Below are positions 10,948-20,497 of a stretch of 64,000 nt of DNA, piece after piece (the first letter of the stretch is position 1; every line of letters starts with the position of its first letter). The notes beneath the pieces are model-generated. The model was not told where the DNA came from and did no database searches. It saw nothing but the letters and a program-made list of their open reading frames with translations. The position numbers and the translations under genes were made by a program. The stretch lies in the NCBI GenBank assembly GCA_963822945.1, contig CAWGJO010000020.1, positions 672,001 through 736,000 on the forward strand. The letters run 5' to 3'. Source of the DNA: an uncultured Gemmatimonadaceae bacterium (lineage in GTDB: Bacteria > Gemmatimonadota > Gemmatimonadetes > Gemmatimonadales > Gemmatimonadaceae).

Positions 10948-12693
10948 ATGAAATTCCGATTCTCCGTGGCCCTTCTCGTCCTCGCCGCTGCGCCGCTGAG
11001 CGCGCAGCAGAAGAAGCCGCCTACGCGCCCCGTGCCGCCGGCGCGTCCACTGCCGGCACCACGTCCGGTGCCCGAGCCGAACCTCGAGTGGCAGTTGCAG
11101 GCCCAGGCACTCGCCGACCAGGCACGGGAGCAGGCGCGCCAGGCGTTGCAGAATGTCGACGTCCAGCAGTTGCAGGAACAGGCGCAACTGGCCATGCAGA
11201 ACATCGACGTCGACCAGGTCAGGCAGCAGGCCCGTGAAGCGGCCGAGCAGGCGCGGGAGATGTCGTTGGAGAGCTTCGACAGCCGGCAGATGCAGGACCA
11301 GGCTCGCGAGTTGGCGCTTCAGGCCCAGACGAACATCGACTGGACGAGTGTCCAGGACGCCATGCGGCAGGCGAGGATGAATGTCGATCTGTCCGGCCTC
11401 GGGGCTTTCGATGAAGACGAGCATTTCGCGCACTCCCCGCGCGCCCCGTGGGCGCAGGCCGACCCCGCCGACTCGCTGTACCGCATGGCCCGCGAGGCGT
11501 TCAATCGCGGTGACTGGCGCCGCGCCGCCGACGTGTTTCACGAGATCGTGCAGAAGTACCCGAACTCCGCGTACGTGCCCGACTGCGCGTATTACGAAGC
11601 GTTCTCGCGCTACCGGATCGGCACCACCGAAGAGTTGCACCAGGCGCTCGCGCTCCTGTCCGATCAGAAGACGCCCGCCTCCCGCCATCTGCGCCGCGCC
11701 GACGTTGCCGGTCTGGCAGCGCGTATCCGCGGCGCCCTCGCCGCACGCGGCGACAAGCAGGCCGCCGCCCAGATCGCGCAGGACGCCGAGAAGTCCGGCG
11801 GCTGCGACCCTGAGGAGATGAGCGTGCGTGCCGAGGCGCTGAACGCGCTCGGTCAGATGGACCCCGCGACGGCAGTCCCGCTGCTGCGGCGCGTCCTGGC
11901 CCGCACCGACACGTGCTCGCTGGTGCTTCGCCGCTCGGCGCTCTTCATGCTGGTGCGACGTGGCGACACGGTGGCCACCGACGCCCTGGTGGCAGTGGCC
12001 ACCAACGAACACGAAGACACCGAGCTCCGCGCCGATGCGATCAACTATCTGGGTCGCATGCCGGGCCCCAAGGCGCTGAACACGATCGAGGACCTCGTGA
12101 AGACCAGCCACGACGACCAGATCCAGCGGGCAGCGGTGTACGCGCTGGCCAGGAACGACAACCCCTCGGCTCGGACGAGCGTGCGGGGACTCGTCGAACG
12201 CTCCGACCTGTCCGAGGCACTGCGCGCGTCGGCGATCCAGGCACTGGCCAGCCGGGACGCGTCGGACGACGACGCCGCCTACTTGCGGGCCGCCTACGCG
12301 AAGATGCCCAGCGAGCGCCTGAAGCAGACGATCCTGAGCGCACTGGCCCGCATCGGCGGATCTGCGAACGAGCAATTCCTGCTGAGCGTGGCGCGCAATC
12401 CGTCCGAGTCGAGTGCCGTACGCGGCACGGCGATCAGCTACGCCGGCCGCCAACCCACGATCTCGGTCGAGGACCTGTCCAGGCTCTACGACACGTCGGA
12501 GTCGCGGAACCTGCGCGAGCAGATCATCGGCGTACTGGGACGGCGCAGCGAGCCGGCCGCCGCCGACAAGTTGATGGAGATCGCGAAGACGGGCACCGAT
12601 CCCAACACGCGCCGCGCCGCGATCAGCGTGTTGTCGCGCAAGAAGGACGATCCCCGCGTCACGAAGTTCCTGCTCGATCTGGTGGGACGATGA
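10948..12693 (+). CDS. Exported TPR + HEAT-repeat protein
   Basis: RBS GAGGA, signal peptide MKFRFSVALLVLAAAPLSAQ, Q/A-rich coiled repeats, TPR-like ADSLYRMAREAFNRGDW...KYPNS, repeated LR..AI..LG HEAT units. Confidence 0.8.
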   Translation: MKFRFSVALLVLAAAPLSAQQKKPPTRPVPPARPLPAPRPVPEPNLEWQLQAQALADQAREQARQALQNVDVQQLQEQAQLAMQNIDVDQVRQQAREAAEQAREMSLESFDSRQMQDQARELALQAQTNIDWTSVQDAMRQARMNVDLSGLGAFDEDEHFAHSPRAPWAQADPADSLYRMAREAFNRGDWRRAADVFHEIVQKYPNSAYVPDCAYYEAFSRYRIGTTEELHQALALLSDQKTPASRHLRRADVAGLAARIRGALAARGDKQAAAQIAQDAEKSGGCDPEEMSVRAEALNALGQMDPATAVPLLRRVLARTDTCSLVLRRSALFMLVRRGDTVATDALVAVATNEHEDTELRADAINYLGRMPGPKALNTIEDLVKTSHDDQIQRAAVYALARNDNPSARTSVRGLVERSDLSEALRASAIQALASRDASDDDAAYLRAAYAKMPSERLKQTILSALARIGGSANEQFLLSVARNPSESSAVRGTAISYAGRQPTISVEDLSRLYDTSESRNLREQIIGVLGRRSEPAAADKLMEIAKTGTDPNTRRAAISVLSRKKDDPRVTKFLLDLVGR

Positions 12694-13976
12694 GCATGCC
12701 GCGGTGGTCCGCCCTCGCGGCGGCGCTCATCGTGGGCGGCGTGGCGACGGGTCCCGCGTCCGCGCAATCGTTGGCCGACCGTGTAGCCCACGCGCCCGCC
12801 GGACCGGTGCAGTTCGAGTACGCGGTCCGTGCCGGCGTTTGCGGCGACGGGATGTCGTACGTCCATTTCGCCATCGGGAACGGAACTTCGTACTCCGGAT
12901 CGTGGAGTGGCGAGGGCGCCGCACCCTGTGTGGCCGGACCGGCCCGGGTGGTGCTCGCCCGCGCTGACGGAGAGATCGTGGGACTGCGGGTGTACGTCGG
13001 ACCGCCCGCCTCATCCGGCGGCACCGACCTCGGCGCCGTCGCGGCACCGGAGGCCGCCCGCTTCCTGCTGGATCTCGCGGCCAAGGCACAGGGCGCGGTG
13101 GCTCGCGACGCACTGATGCCCGCGATGCTCGCCGACAGCACCGACAGTCAATCGGCGCTCGTGGCTCTCGTGCAGGATCGCACGCGTTCGCGTGAGACGC
13201 GCAGTACGGCGATCGGCTGGTTGGGCCGGACGGCGAGTTCCGCCACCGCCGCCCAGCACGTGCTGGTGCAGGTGGCCACTGATGAAAGCGACAACCAACT
13301 CGTCCGCCAGCGCGCCCTGCGCGCGCTGACTCAACTTCCGGGTGGCATGGGGATTCCGGCGCTCATTGCGATGGCCGGGAATCCGGATGGCGGCTGGGTG
13401 GCGCGGAACGCGCTGACGGTGGTGTCGTCGTCGGGTGACCCGCGGGCGTTGGACTTCCTGCGCGACGTGGTGCGACAGGCAGCGCTCCCCGATCAGGCCC
13501 TGGCGACGGCGGTGCGCAGCTTCGGTCGCCAGTATGCCACCGCCGCCGACATCGCGGTGATCCGCAAGGCATGGCCGCGCTTCACCGGCGAGCGCACGCA
13601 GAGCGCGGCCATCTCGGCGGTGGCGGGGTTCGGCGGGCGGGAAAACGCCGCCTGGCTGCTGTCGCTGGCCGACGACATGAGCGCGACGACGAGCATCCGC
13701 CGCCAGGCGCTCGAGGCGGCCGCGCGCGCCGGCGCCGGTACCGCCGATCTCTCCAAGCTGTACGACCGCACTACCGACCCCCAGACGAAGAGCGCGATCA
13801 TTTCGGCGCTCGGTCAGATCGGCGATCGCGCGGCGATCGACAAGCTGCTCGCCATCGCGCGCGGCGACGAGAGTACGACGGCGCGTCGGCGGGCGATCGC
13901 GGTGTTGGGCCGCAGCGGTGACCCGCGCGTGAAGCAGGCGCTGGAGTCGATGGTGGAGCACGGCGGGTCGCGCTAG
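12690..13976 (+). CDS. Exported HEAT-repeat protein
   Basis: ATGA overlap with the previous gene; signal peptide ending ASAQ; HEAT units ending AIAVLGRSGDPRV, paralogous to the previous C-terminus. Confidence 0.8.
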   Translation: MSMPRWSALAAALIVGGVATGPASAQSLADRVAHAPAGPVQFEYAVRAGVCGDGMSYVHFAIGNGTSYSGSWSGEGAAPCVAGPARVVLARADGEIVGLRVYVGPPASSGGTDLGAVAAPEAARFLLDLAAKAQGAVARDALMPAMLADSTDSQSALVALVQDRTRSRETRSTAIGWLGRTASSATAAQHVLVQVATDESDNQLVRQRALRALTQLPGGMGIPALIAMAGNPDGGWVARNALTVVSSSGDPRALDFLRDVVRQAALPDQALATAVRSFGRQYATAADIAVIRKAWPRFTGERTQSAAISAVAGFGGRENAAWLLSLADDMSATTSIRRQALEAAARAGAGTADLSKLYDRTTDPQTKSAIISALGQIGDRAAIDKLLAIARGDESTTARRRAIAVLGRSGDPRVKQALESMVEHGGSR

Positions 13977-14014
13977 GCCGACCCATTCTCCGGCGAGCGA
14001 TCCGTCATCCGGGT

Positions 14015-14062
14015 CGAGATCCGCAAGCGGTGTGGCGTTAGCGGGGCTGCTTGCGGATCTCG
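14015..14062. terminator. 16-bp stem-loop between convergent genes (bidirectional terminator or REP-like)
   Basis: CGAGATCCGCAAGCGG / CTGCTTGCGGATCTCG arms with a 16-nt loop. Confidence 0.6.
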
Positions 14063-14223
14063 CAGAGTACGAGCCGGCCCCCGCAGCCGATTCGACTCCG
14101 CGCCACGCTCCCGGTAGCGTGACGATCCCATGATGCGGTGCGTCGCCGCGCGCGTCGACACGCGACACGCGCACTACGCAGATAGAACAATTGTGGTTTC
14201 GGCGCTGGAACACAAGATGTTTC

Positions 14224-15141
14224 TTACATCTCGTTCGACGCGTAGTCGCTCGTCGACCATCGATGACGCTCGAATCGGGATGCGCGCGCCGTCTCGATCG
14301 CGGCCGGAAGCGCGCTTGCCGCGAGCAGCAACACGTACGGCCACGATGCGCCAAGCCAGTGATTGCGCGGTGCGATCACGTGTCGCAACAACCATGCGGC
14401 CGCGATGAACAGGACGGGAACCACGGCGTACCGCGTGCGCCGTCGCGCACGCTCGGTGTACGGATTCGGCTGAGCGGCGAACACACCCTTGGCCGGCGGC
14501 GGCGCACCGGGACGGGCGAACGCGTGCCAGATCACGCTCCCCGGCACGTAGGTGCCCAACGCCCAGACGGTGTTGTCGGACGACACCTGTTCGGAGAGCA
14601 GCCGCGGCGGGGCGATGAAGTCGCGCGACGTCATCCGATCGCCGCTGCGCAGTTGCCAGGGAAACTCGCCGAGGATGAACACCGTGGTGACCGTGGTCGT
14701 CCGGAAGTGTCGAAACATGGTGTCCCCGTACCGCACGAATGGCTGCCGACCCGTCACCAGTTCGGAGGGCGCGATGCGCGTGATGTCGAAGTCACACCAA
14801 TGGCCGTCGTACTCGGCGAGGTAGCGGTACCCCTTGTACGGATTCCAGAGCGTGTACTCCCGCCAGAAGTACTCGACGTCGTTCTGCTGCACGCTGCGCA
14901 CCTGGAACCCGCTGACCTCGTACGGGTCCCCCCGCATCACACCGCGCGTGCCGAGCGGGATGTCGGGCTCGAACGTCATCTTCGCCTGGTACTGCTGGAG
15001 GACGCTCAACTCCTGGTCCCGCGAGTCGAGCACCGCGTGGCACGACGGGCACACGACCGTCTGCGTCTGCTGCACGGCGCGAATGGTGATCGCGGCCCCG
15101 CAGTTCGGGCATGCGAGCCCGCTTACCCGGGGAGCGGCCAT
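14224..15141 (-). CDS. DUF4178 domain protein with N-terminal Zn-ribbon and C-terminal TM helices
   Basis: CPNCG...CPSC, IPLGTRG, WREYTLWNPYKGYRYL, GEFPWQ, ends FERHRWSTSDY. Confidence 0.75.
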   Translation of the reverse strand: MAAPRVSGLACPNCGAAITIRAVQQTQTVVCPSCHAVLDSRDQELSVLQQYQAKMTFEPDIPLGTRGVMRGDPYEVSGFQVRSVQQNDVEYFWREYTLWNPYKGYRYLAEYDGHWCDFDITRIAPSELVTGRQPFVRYGDTMFRHFRTTTVTTVFILGEFPWQLRSGDRMTSRDFIAPPRLLSEQVSSDNTVWALGTYVPGSVIWHAFARPGAPPPAKGVFAAQPNPYTERARRRTRYAVVPVLFIAAAWLLRHVIAPRNHWLGASWPYVLLLAASALPAAIETARASRFERHRWSTSDYASNEM

Positions 15142-15767
15142 CCATCGATCTCCCGAAGTTGTGCGAGATGGAGGTCGTCGAATCGGGTCCACTCGCCCAA
15201 CTGGAGCGCCGGCGGATGTTCGCGATAGTCGATGGTCGCGATATGGCCGTCGGTGGCATCCAGGTCGGCCAGCGTCCCCGCGTGCCGATCCCAGGTGGTG
15301 AACGGCAATTCGCCCTCGGCGGCGCGATACCGGACGTTGGTGACCGCCATCAGCTTGTAGATGCGATGGTCCCACACGAAGTTGCCGCCGATGTGGAGTT
15401 GGTCGAGCGACGGAATGTCTCCGCCGCCGCCTTCCACGGAGAAGGAGTACTCTCCTCGTGCGTCGCTGATCCAGCCGGTCGCTCCGTCTTCCAGCCGCAC
15501 ATGCCAGCTGTTCCACGAACCGCGGTCATACTCGTAGACCACGCGCCCGACGACCGCGAACCGGCGATGCTGGAAGCGACCCGTGGTGCCGATCTGGAGA
15601 GGTGAGCTCGTGGCGGGAAAATCGCCGACCGAGCCCACCGTCTTCAGATCCACGTCGCCGCGGACGATTACGGAATGACAGAACGGACAACTGGTCTGCA
15701 CGGCGTGCGACCAGTCGAAGCGGATCGTGCTGCCGCAGTTCGGGCAGGCCGCCGTGGGCTCCGTCAT
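15123..15767 (-). CDS. DUF4178 domain protein with Zn-ribbon
   Basis: CPNCG...CPFC, SPLQIGTTG, WNSWH...GWISDA, GELPF. Confidence 0.75.
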   Translation of the reverse strand: MTEPTAACPNCGSTIRFDWSHAVQTSCPFCHSVIVRGDVDLKTVGSVGDFPATSSPLQIGTTGRFQHRRFAVVGRVVYEYDRGSWNSWHVRLEDGATGWISDARGEYSFSVEGGGGDIPSLDQLHIGGNFVWDHRIYKLMAVTNVRYRAAEGELPFTTWDRHAGTLADLDATDGHIATIDYREHPPALQLGEWTRFDDLHLAQLREIDGWPLPG

Positions 15768-15804
15768 CGGGCGATCGGGCTCGCCGTGGCGCGGCGATCG
15801 TGTG

Positions 15805-16809
15805 TCAGCTCTGGGCTCCTCCGCACTCCGGGCAGAACTTGGAACTCCGCGGAATCGGCTTGCCGCAGGCGATGCAGAATTTGGTCTCGGATGCTGTGCC
15901 GCCCGCGGCCGCAGGCGCAGGCGCGGGCGCACTCGGCGCCGGGGCTGCTCCTCCGGTGACCGCGTCAGCCATCGCCTTCCCCATCGCCATGCCGGCGCCG
16001 AGCCCGGCGCCCATGCCGGCTCCTCCGCCGCCTTCGTTGGCCGCGGCGATCGGCATCGACTGCGCGATCTCGTACTGCGTGTACTGCTGCATGTTGCCGA
16101 TCATGTTCATGCTGATGCGCTCGTCGAGCTTCTTCTGCAGTTCGTCGGGGAGTGACAGACTCTCCACGACGAACGAGTCGAGCGTGAGCCCGTAGTCGGT
16201 GAAGGCCGGAGCCAGCGTCTGCATGAGCTTGGTGGCCAGCGCGCCCTGGTTGGCCGCCATGTCGAGAAACGGCACCCCGCTGTTGGCGAATGCATCTGCG
16301 AATCGACCCAGGATCGTATTACGCAGTTGCCCTTCCAGGTCGTTCACCACGTACAATTCGCGCGTGCCGCTCACCTTCTGGTGGAACTTGAGCGGATCGG
16401 TGAGGTGATAGGTGTAGATGCCGAACCCGCGCAGGCGCACCATGCCGAAGTCCTTGTCGCGAATGGTGATCGGCTGCTGCGTGCCCCACTTCTGGTCCGT
16501 CTGTACCCGCGTGGAGAAGAAATACACGTCCGACTTGAACGGCGACTTGAACAGCTTGTCCCAGTTCATGAGGTTCGTGAGCACCGGCAGGGTCCGCGTC
16601 TCCAGCTTGTACAGTCCCGGCGTGAACGTATCCGCCGCCTTGCCCTCGTTCACGAAGAGCGCCATCTGCGACTCGCGCACGGTGAGCTGCGCGCCGTACT
16701 GGATCTCCATGTCGCGCATCGGATAGCGATAGGCGAGCGTCCCATCGCCGTCCTCCGTCCATTGGATGACGTCGATGAACTGCTTCTTGATGAAGTCGCC
16801 GAGGGACAT
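15805..16809 (-). CDS. SPFH/band-7 (YdjI-like) protein with C-terminal zinc ribbon
   Basis: FIDVIQW, GAQLTVRESQ, SPFKSDVYF, KWGT, GAGMGAGLG linker, C-terminal CIACG...CPECG; RBS GGAGG. Confidence 0.85.
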   Translation of the reverse strand: MSLGDFIKKQFIDVIQWTEDGDGTLAYRYPMRDMEIQYGAQLTVRESQMALFVNEGKAADTFTPGLYKLETRTLPVLTNLMNWDKLFKSPFKSDVYFFSTRVQTDQKWGTQQPITIRDKDFGMVRLRGFGIYTYHLTDPLKFHQKVSGTRELYVVNDLEGQLRNTILGRFADAFANSGVPFLDMAANQGALATKLMQTLAPAFTDYGLTLDSFVVESLSLPDELQKKLDERISMNMIGNMQQYTQYEIAQSMPIAAANEGGGGAGMGAGLGAGMAMGKAMADAVTGGAAPAPSAPAPAPAAAGGTASETKFCIACGKPIPRSSKFCPECGGAQS

Positions 16810-17101
16810 GGCGGAGCCTCCAGCAGGGGGATGGGCCACGGGGTGGCCGGCGCCATGGCATCCGGCGGCCCCACGATAAAGGAATCACAAGGGGCCGGAC
16901 ACCGGCCCTTTGTGATGACGAATGCAACTATAGAGAGGGCACCGAATGGCGACGGGCGCCACCCGGCGCGGCATCGGGAGTCCCCTCAACATTCGCGAAG
17001 CCCATGGCGTATATGGTATTGTCGTCTCAGGCGCTGGCCCTCTCCGGACCGGCGCGGCTCGGTGCCGCCGAGCAGTCCCTCGTACCTTCACGGGAATTCC
17101 C

Positions 17102-20100
17102 ATGCATCGCTACCGGCTCCTCCCCTTCCTCGCCGGAGCCCTGATCGCCGCCGCGCCAACCCTGGCGGCCCAGAGTCTGGACTCCTCAGTCACCGCCGGC
17201 CTGCGCTGGCGCAACCTCGGACCGGCCAATTTCGACGGCCGCGTCAATGCTATTGCCGGCATTGGATTTCCTTCCAAGACGTTCTACGTCGGCGCGGCCG
17301 GCGGCGGCGTCTGGAAGACGACCAACGCCGGCACCACCTTCCGTCCGTTGTTCACCAACGAACCCGTGGCGTCGATCGGCGCCCTCGCGGTCGCGGCCTC
17401 GGACACGAACGTGGTCTGGGTCGGCACCGGTGACCCGAACAGCCGCAACACCATCGAGCCGGGCGACGGCGTCTACAAGTCGACCGACGGTGGCCTCACC
17501 TGGAAGCTCATGGGGCTGAAGGACGGGCAGATGATCGGCAACATCGCCATCGACCCGACCAATGCGAATGTCGTCTACGTGGCCGAACTCGGCCATGCGT
17601 GGGACACGAAGGGCGAACGCGGCCTGTACAAGACCACCGACGGCGGCGAGCACTGGACCCGCATCAAGTACATCAGCGACCGGGCCGGGTTCGTGGACGT
17701 GAAGATCGATCCGTCGAACCCCAACAACATCTTCGCCTCGAGCTGGCAACGCATTCGCGGCCCCTACTTCCTCAAGTCCGGCGGGCCCGGGTCGGGGCTG
17801 TGGCACAGCACCGATGCCGGCGCCACCTGGACCGAGGTGAAGGGCGGCGGCTTCCCGTCCACCGAGAAGGGACGCATCACGACCGCCTTCTCGCGCAGCA
17901 ATCCCAACATCGTGTACGCGCTGGTGGAAGCCGATTCGCTGCGGGGCAAGAACCACGCGGTGCTCGCGCCGGCCAGCGACTCCATCGGCCCCGAGCCGAA
18001 GAAGCCGGAGGCGCAGCGGCTGCTGAGCGGCCTCTACCGTTCCGACGACGGCGGCAAGACCTGGCGCTGGATGAACGACCAGGACACGCGGCCGTTCTAC
18101 TATTCCCGCGTCGACGTCGATCCGGCAAACCCCGATCGCGTCTACTTCTCGTCAACGCCGTTCCTGTTCTCGGACGACGGCGGCAAGACGGCCCGCACCG
18201 CGACCGGCGACGTGCACGTGGACGATCACGCCATCTGGATCGATCCCAACGACGGTCAGCACTGGCTGATCGGCAACGACGGCGGCGTGGCCGAGACCTG
18301 GGACCGCGGTGGCAACTTCGACTATCTGAACATCATTCCGATCGCCCAGTTCTACGACGTGAGCTATGACTTCGCCACGCCGTACAACGTCTGCGCCGGT
18401 GCCCAGGACAACGGCGGCTGGTGCGGGCCGAGCGCGCGGAAGCAGGGCCCGGTGACCAATGCCTACTGGTTCACCATCTCCGGCGGCGACGGCTTCTATA
18501 CCGCCCAGGATCCGACGGACCCCGACATCGTCTGGGGCGAGTCGCAGGAAGGCGGCGTCGTGCGCCGCAACCTGAAGACGGGCGAGACGGGCCGCATGAA
18601 CAAGCCCACGTGGCAGGAGTCGTACCGCATCTACGAGGACTCGATCCTCTCCGTGCGCGGCGACACCACGAAAGCCGAAACGTCGGCGCAGAAGCGCGAG
18701 ATCGCCGCGCTGCGCGCCGCGCAGAAGGCCGACTCGATCGCGCTCGACATGCGCTACAACTGGGAGACGCCGTTCTTCATCTCCAACTTCAACCCGCAAG
18801 TGTTCTACATGGCGGGCAACCGCGTGCTCAAGTCGATGAACCGCGGCGACGATCTCTATCCGATCTCGCCCGACCTCTCGACGGCGGACACGGCCAAGAT
18901 CCACGTCAGCCTCGTCACGACGGGCGGGATCACCAACGACGCCACCGGCGCCGAGAACTACTGCACCATCGTTTCCCTCGCCGAGTCGTACCTGCGGCCG
19001 GGCTGGCTGTACGCCGGCACCGATGACGGCAACGTCTGGATGACGCACAACGACGGCGCCACGTGGGAGAAGCTCAATGGGCGCTTCCCGGGTGTCCCGG
19101 CCGGCACGTACGTCAGCCGCATCGAGCCCTCCCATTTCGACACGAACACCTTCTACGTCTCGTTCGACAACCATCGCAACAACGATTTCGGCGTGTACGT
19201 CTACGCCACGAACGACGGCGGCAAGACCTTCCATTCGATCGCCAGCGATCTGCCGACGGGTGGATCGGACTACGTCCACGTGATCCGCGAGGATCCGTTC
19301 AATCGCGATCTGCTGTTCGTCGGAACGTCGCACGCGGCGTACGCTTCCATCGACCGCGGCGCCCATTGGTCGCGCTTCATGTCGGGGCTGCCGACCGTGC
19401 CCGTGTACGACCTCAAGATCCAGCCACGGGACCACGACCTGATCGCAGCCACCTTCGGCCGCGGCATCTGGATTGCCAGCATCGCGCCGCTCGAACAGTT
19501 GGACGCGAAGGTACTGGCGGCAAAGGTGCACCTGTTCAAGCCGGTCACGGCCTATCAGTACGGGCAGGGCCCGGCCATCGGCGCCTCGGCCAACGGCCAG
19601 GCCCAGAAGGTCTTCGAGGCCCCGAGCCCGGCCTACGGCGCCAACATCAGTTACCGGCTGGCCGACGCCGTGCGCGGCGGGGTACACGTGGTGATCACCG
19701 ACGTGCAGAACGACACGATCGGCAACCTCACCGGCCCGGGTCAGCCCGGTATCCACACGGTGACGTGGAACTACCAGTCGAGCGCACGGGCGGCAGCGCC
19801 CAAGCTCTCGCCGTCCCAACTGCGCGACAGCATTCTGCAGGCCCGGAAGACCGAGCACGTCATCGATTCGCTGTCGAAGGCCGGCATGGATACGGCGGTG
19901 ATCGCCGAGCTGCGCCGTGTCGCCAAGACGGGTGACGTTGCGTCGCTCTTCCGCCGGGGTGGACGTGGGGGCCGGGGTGGTCGGGGCGGTGCCGCGCCGG
20001 CCTGGGTGCCTCGTCCAGCCGAAGGTCCGGTGCCCGGCGGCAACGCACGGGGCGGGCGCGGTGGTGGTCGCGGCGCTGGCGCACCCAATGTCATGGACGC

Positions 20101-20326
20101 GTTCCCGGGCGGGTTCCGGCAGATCGCGGAAGTCTTCGGGATCTCGCGCCGGGGCTTCGGATTCGGCGGCGGCGGTGCCCAGACGGTCGGCGCCGGTGAC
20201 TACATGGTGTCGATCACCGTTGACGGTCAGACACAGCATCAGGTCCTGCGGGTCGAGCGGACCGCGACGGCACCGGAATCCGAAGGCGGGTTCGGTGTCG
20301 ACAACGGGGACCACGACAAGAAGTAG
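17102..20326 (+). CDS. Secreted VPS10/sortilin-like BNR-repeat (beta-propeller) protein
   Basis: Signal peptide; WRNLGP..GR; many S/TxDGGxTW Asp-box repeats; HVDDHAIWIDP; C-terminal RGG-rich segment. Confidence 0.88.
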   Translation: MHRYRLLPFLAGALIAAAPTLAAQSLDSSVTAGLRWRNLGPANFDGRVNAIAGIGFPSKTFYVGAAGGGVWKTTNAGTTFRPLFTNEPVASIGALAVAASDTNVVWVGTGDPNSRNTIEPGDGVYKSTDGGLTWKLMGLKDGQMIGNIAIDPTNANVVYVAELGHAWDTKGERGLYKTTDGGEHWTRIKYISDRAGFVDVKIDPSNPNNIFASSWQRIRGPYFLKSGGPGSGLWHSTDAGATWTEVKGGGFPSTEKGRITTAFSRSNPNIVYALVEADSLRGKNHAVLAPASDSIGPEPKKPEAQRLLSGLYRSDDGGKTWRWMNDQDTRPFYYSRVDVDPANPDRVYFSSTPFLFSDDGGKTARTATGDVHVDDHAIWIDPNDGQHWLIGNDGGVAETWDRGGNFDYLNIIPIAQFYDVSYDFATPYNVCAGAQDNGGWCGPSARKQGPVTNAYWFTISGGDGFYTAQDPTDPDIVWGESQEGGVVRRNLKTGETGRMNKPTWQESYRIYEDSILSVRGDTTKAETSAQKREIAALRAAQKADSIALDMRYNWETPFFISNFNPQVFYMAGNRVLKSMNRGDDLYPISPDLSTADTAKIHVSLVTTGGITNDATGAENYCTIVSLAESYLRPGWLYAGTDDGNVWMTHNDGATWEKLNGRFPGVPAGTYVSRIEPSHFDTNTFYVSFDNHRNNDFGVYVYATNDGGKTFHSIASDLPTGGSDYVHVIREDPFNRDLLFVGTSHAAYASIDRGAHWSRFMSGLPTVPVYDLKIQPRDHDLIAATFGRGIWIASIAPLEQLDAKVLAAKVHLFKPVTAYQYGQGPAIGASANGQAQKVFEAPSPAYGANISYRLADAVRGGVHVVITDVQNDTIGNLTGPGQPGIHTVTWNYQSSARAAAPKLSPSQLRDSILQARKTEHVIDSLSKAGMDTAVIAELRRVAKTGDVASLFRRGGRGGRGGRGGAAPAWVPRPAEGPVPGGNARGGRGGGRGAGAPNVMDAFPGGFRQIAEVFGISRRGFGFGGGGAQTVGAGDYMVSITVDGQTQHQVLRVERTATAPESEGGFGVDNGDHDKK

Positions 20327-20346
20327 TTCGTATCACGGCACGTGAC

Positions 20347-20385
20347 GAAGAGCCCGCCGGTACCGTACGTACCGGCGGGCTCTTC
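20347..20385 (+). terminator. 17-bp perfect hairpin after the VPS10 gene
   Basis: GAAGAGCCCGCCGGTAC-cgtac-GTACCGGCGGGCTCTTC. Confidence 0.7.
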
Positions 20386-20497
20386 CCAACTTGTCGATCA
20401 CCGGGAATCTTGCCCGCGTCATCCGGGCATTGCATCACGCCGCGACGGCCCGCGCTCTCGGCAGACTCCGAATCAATTCCACCATCCGAGGAACGTC

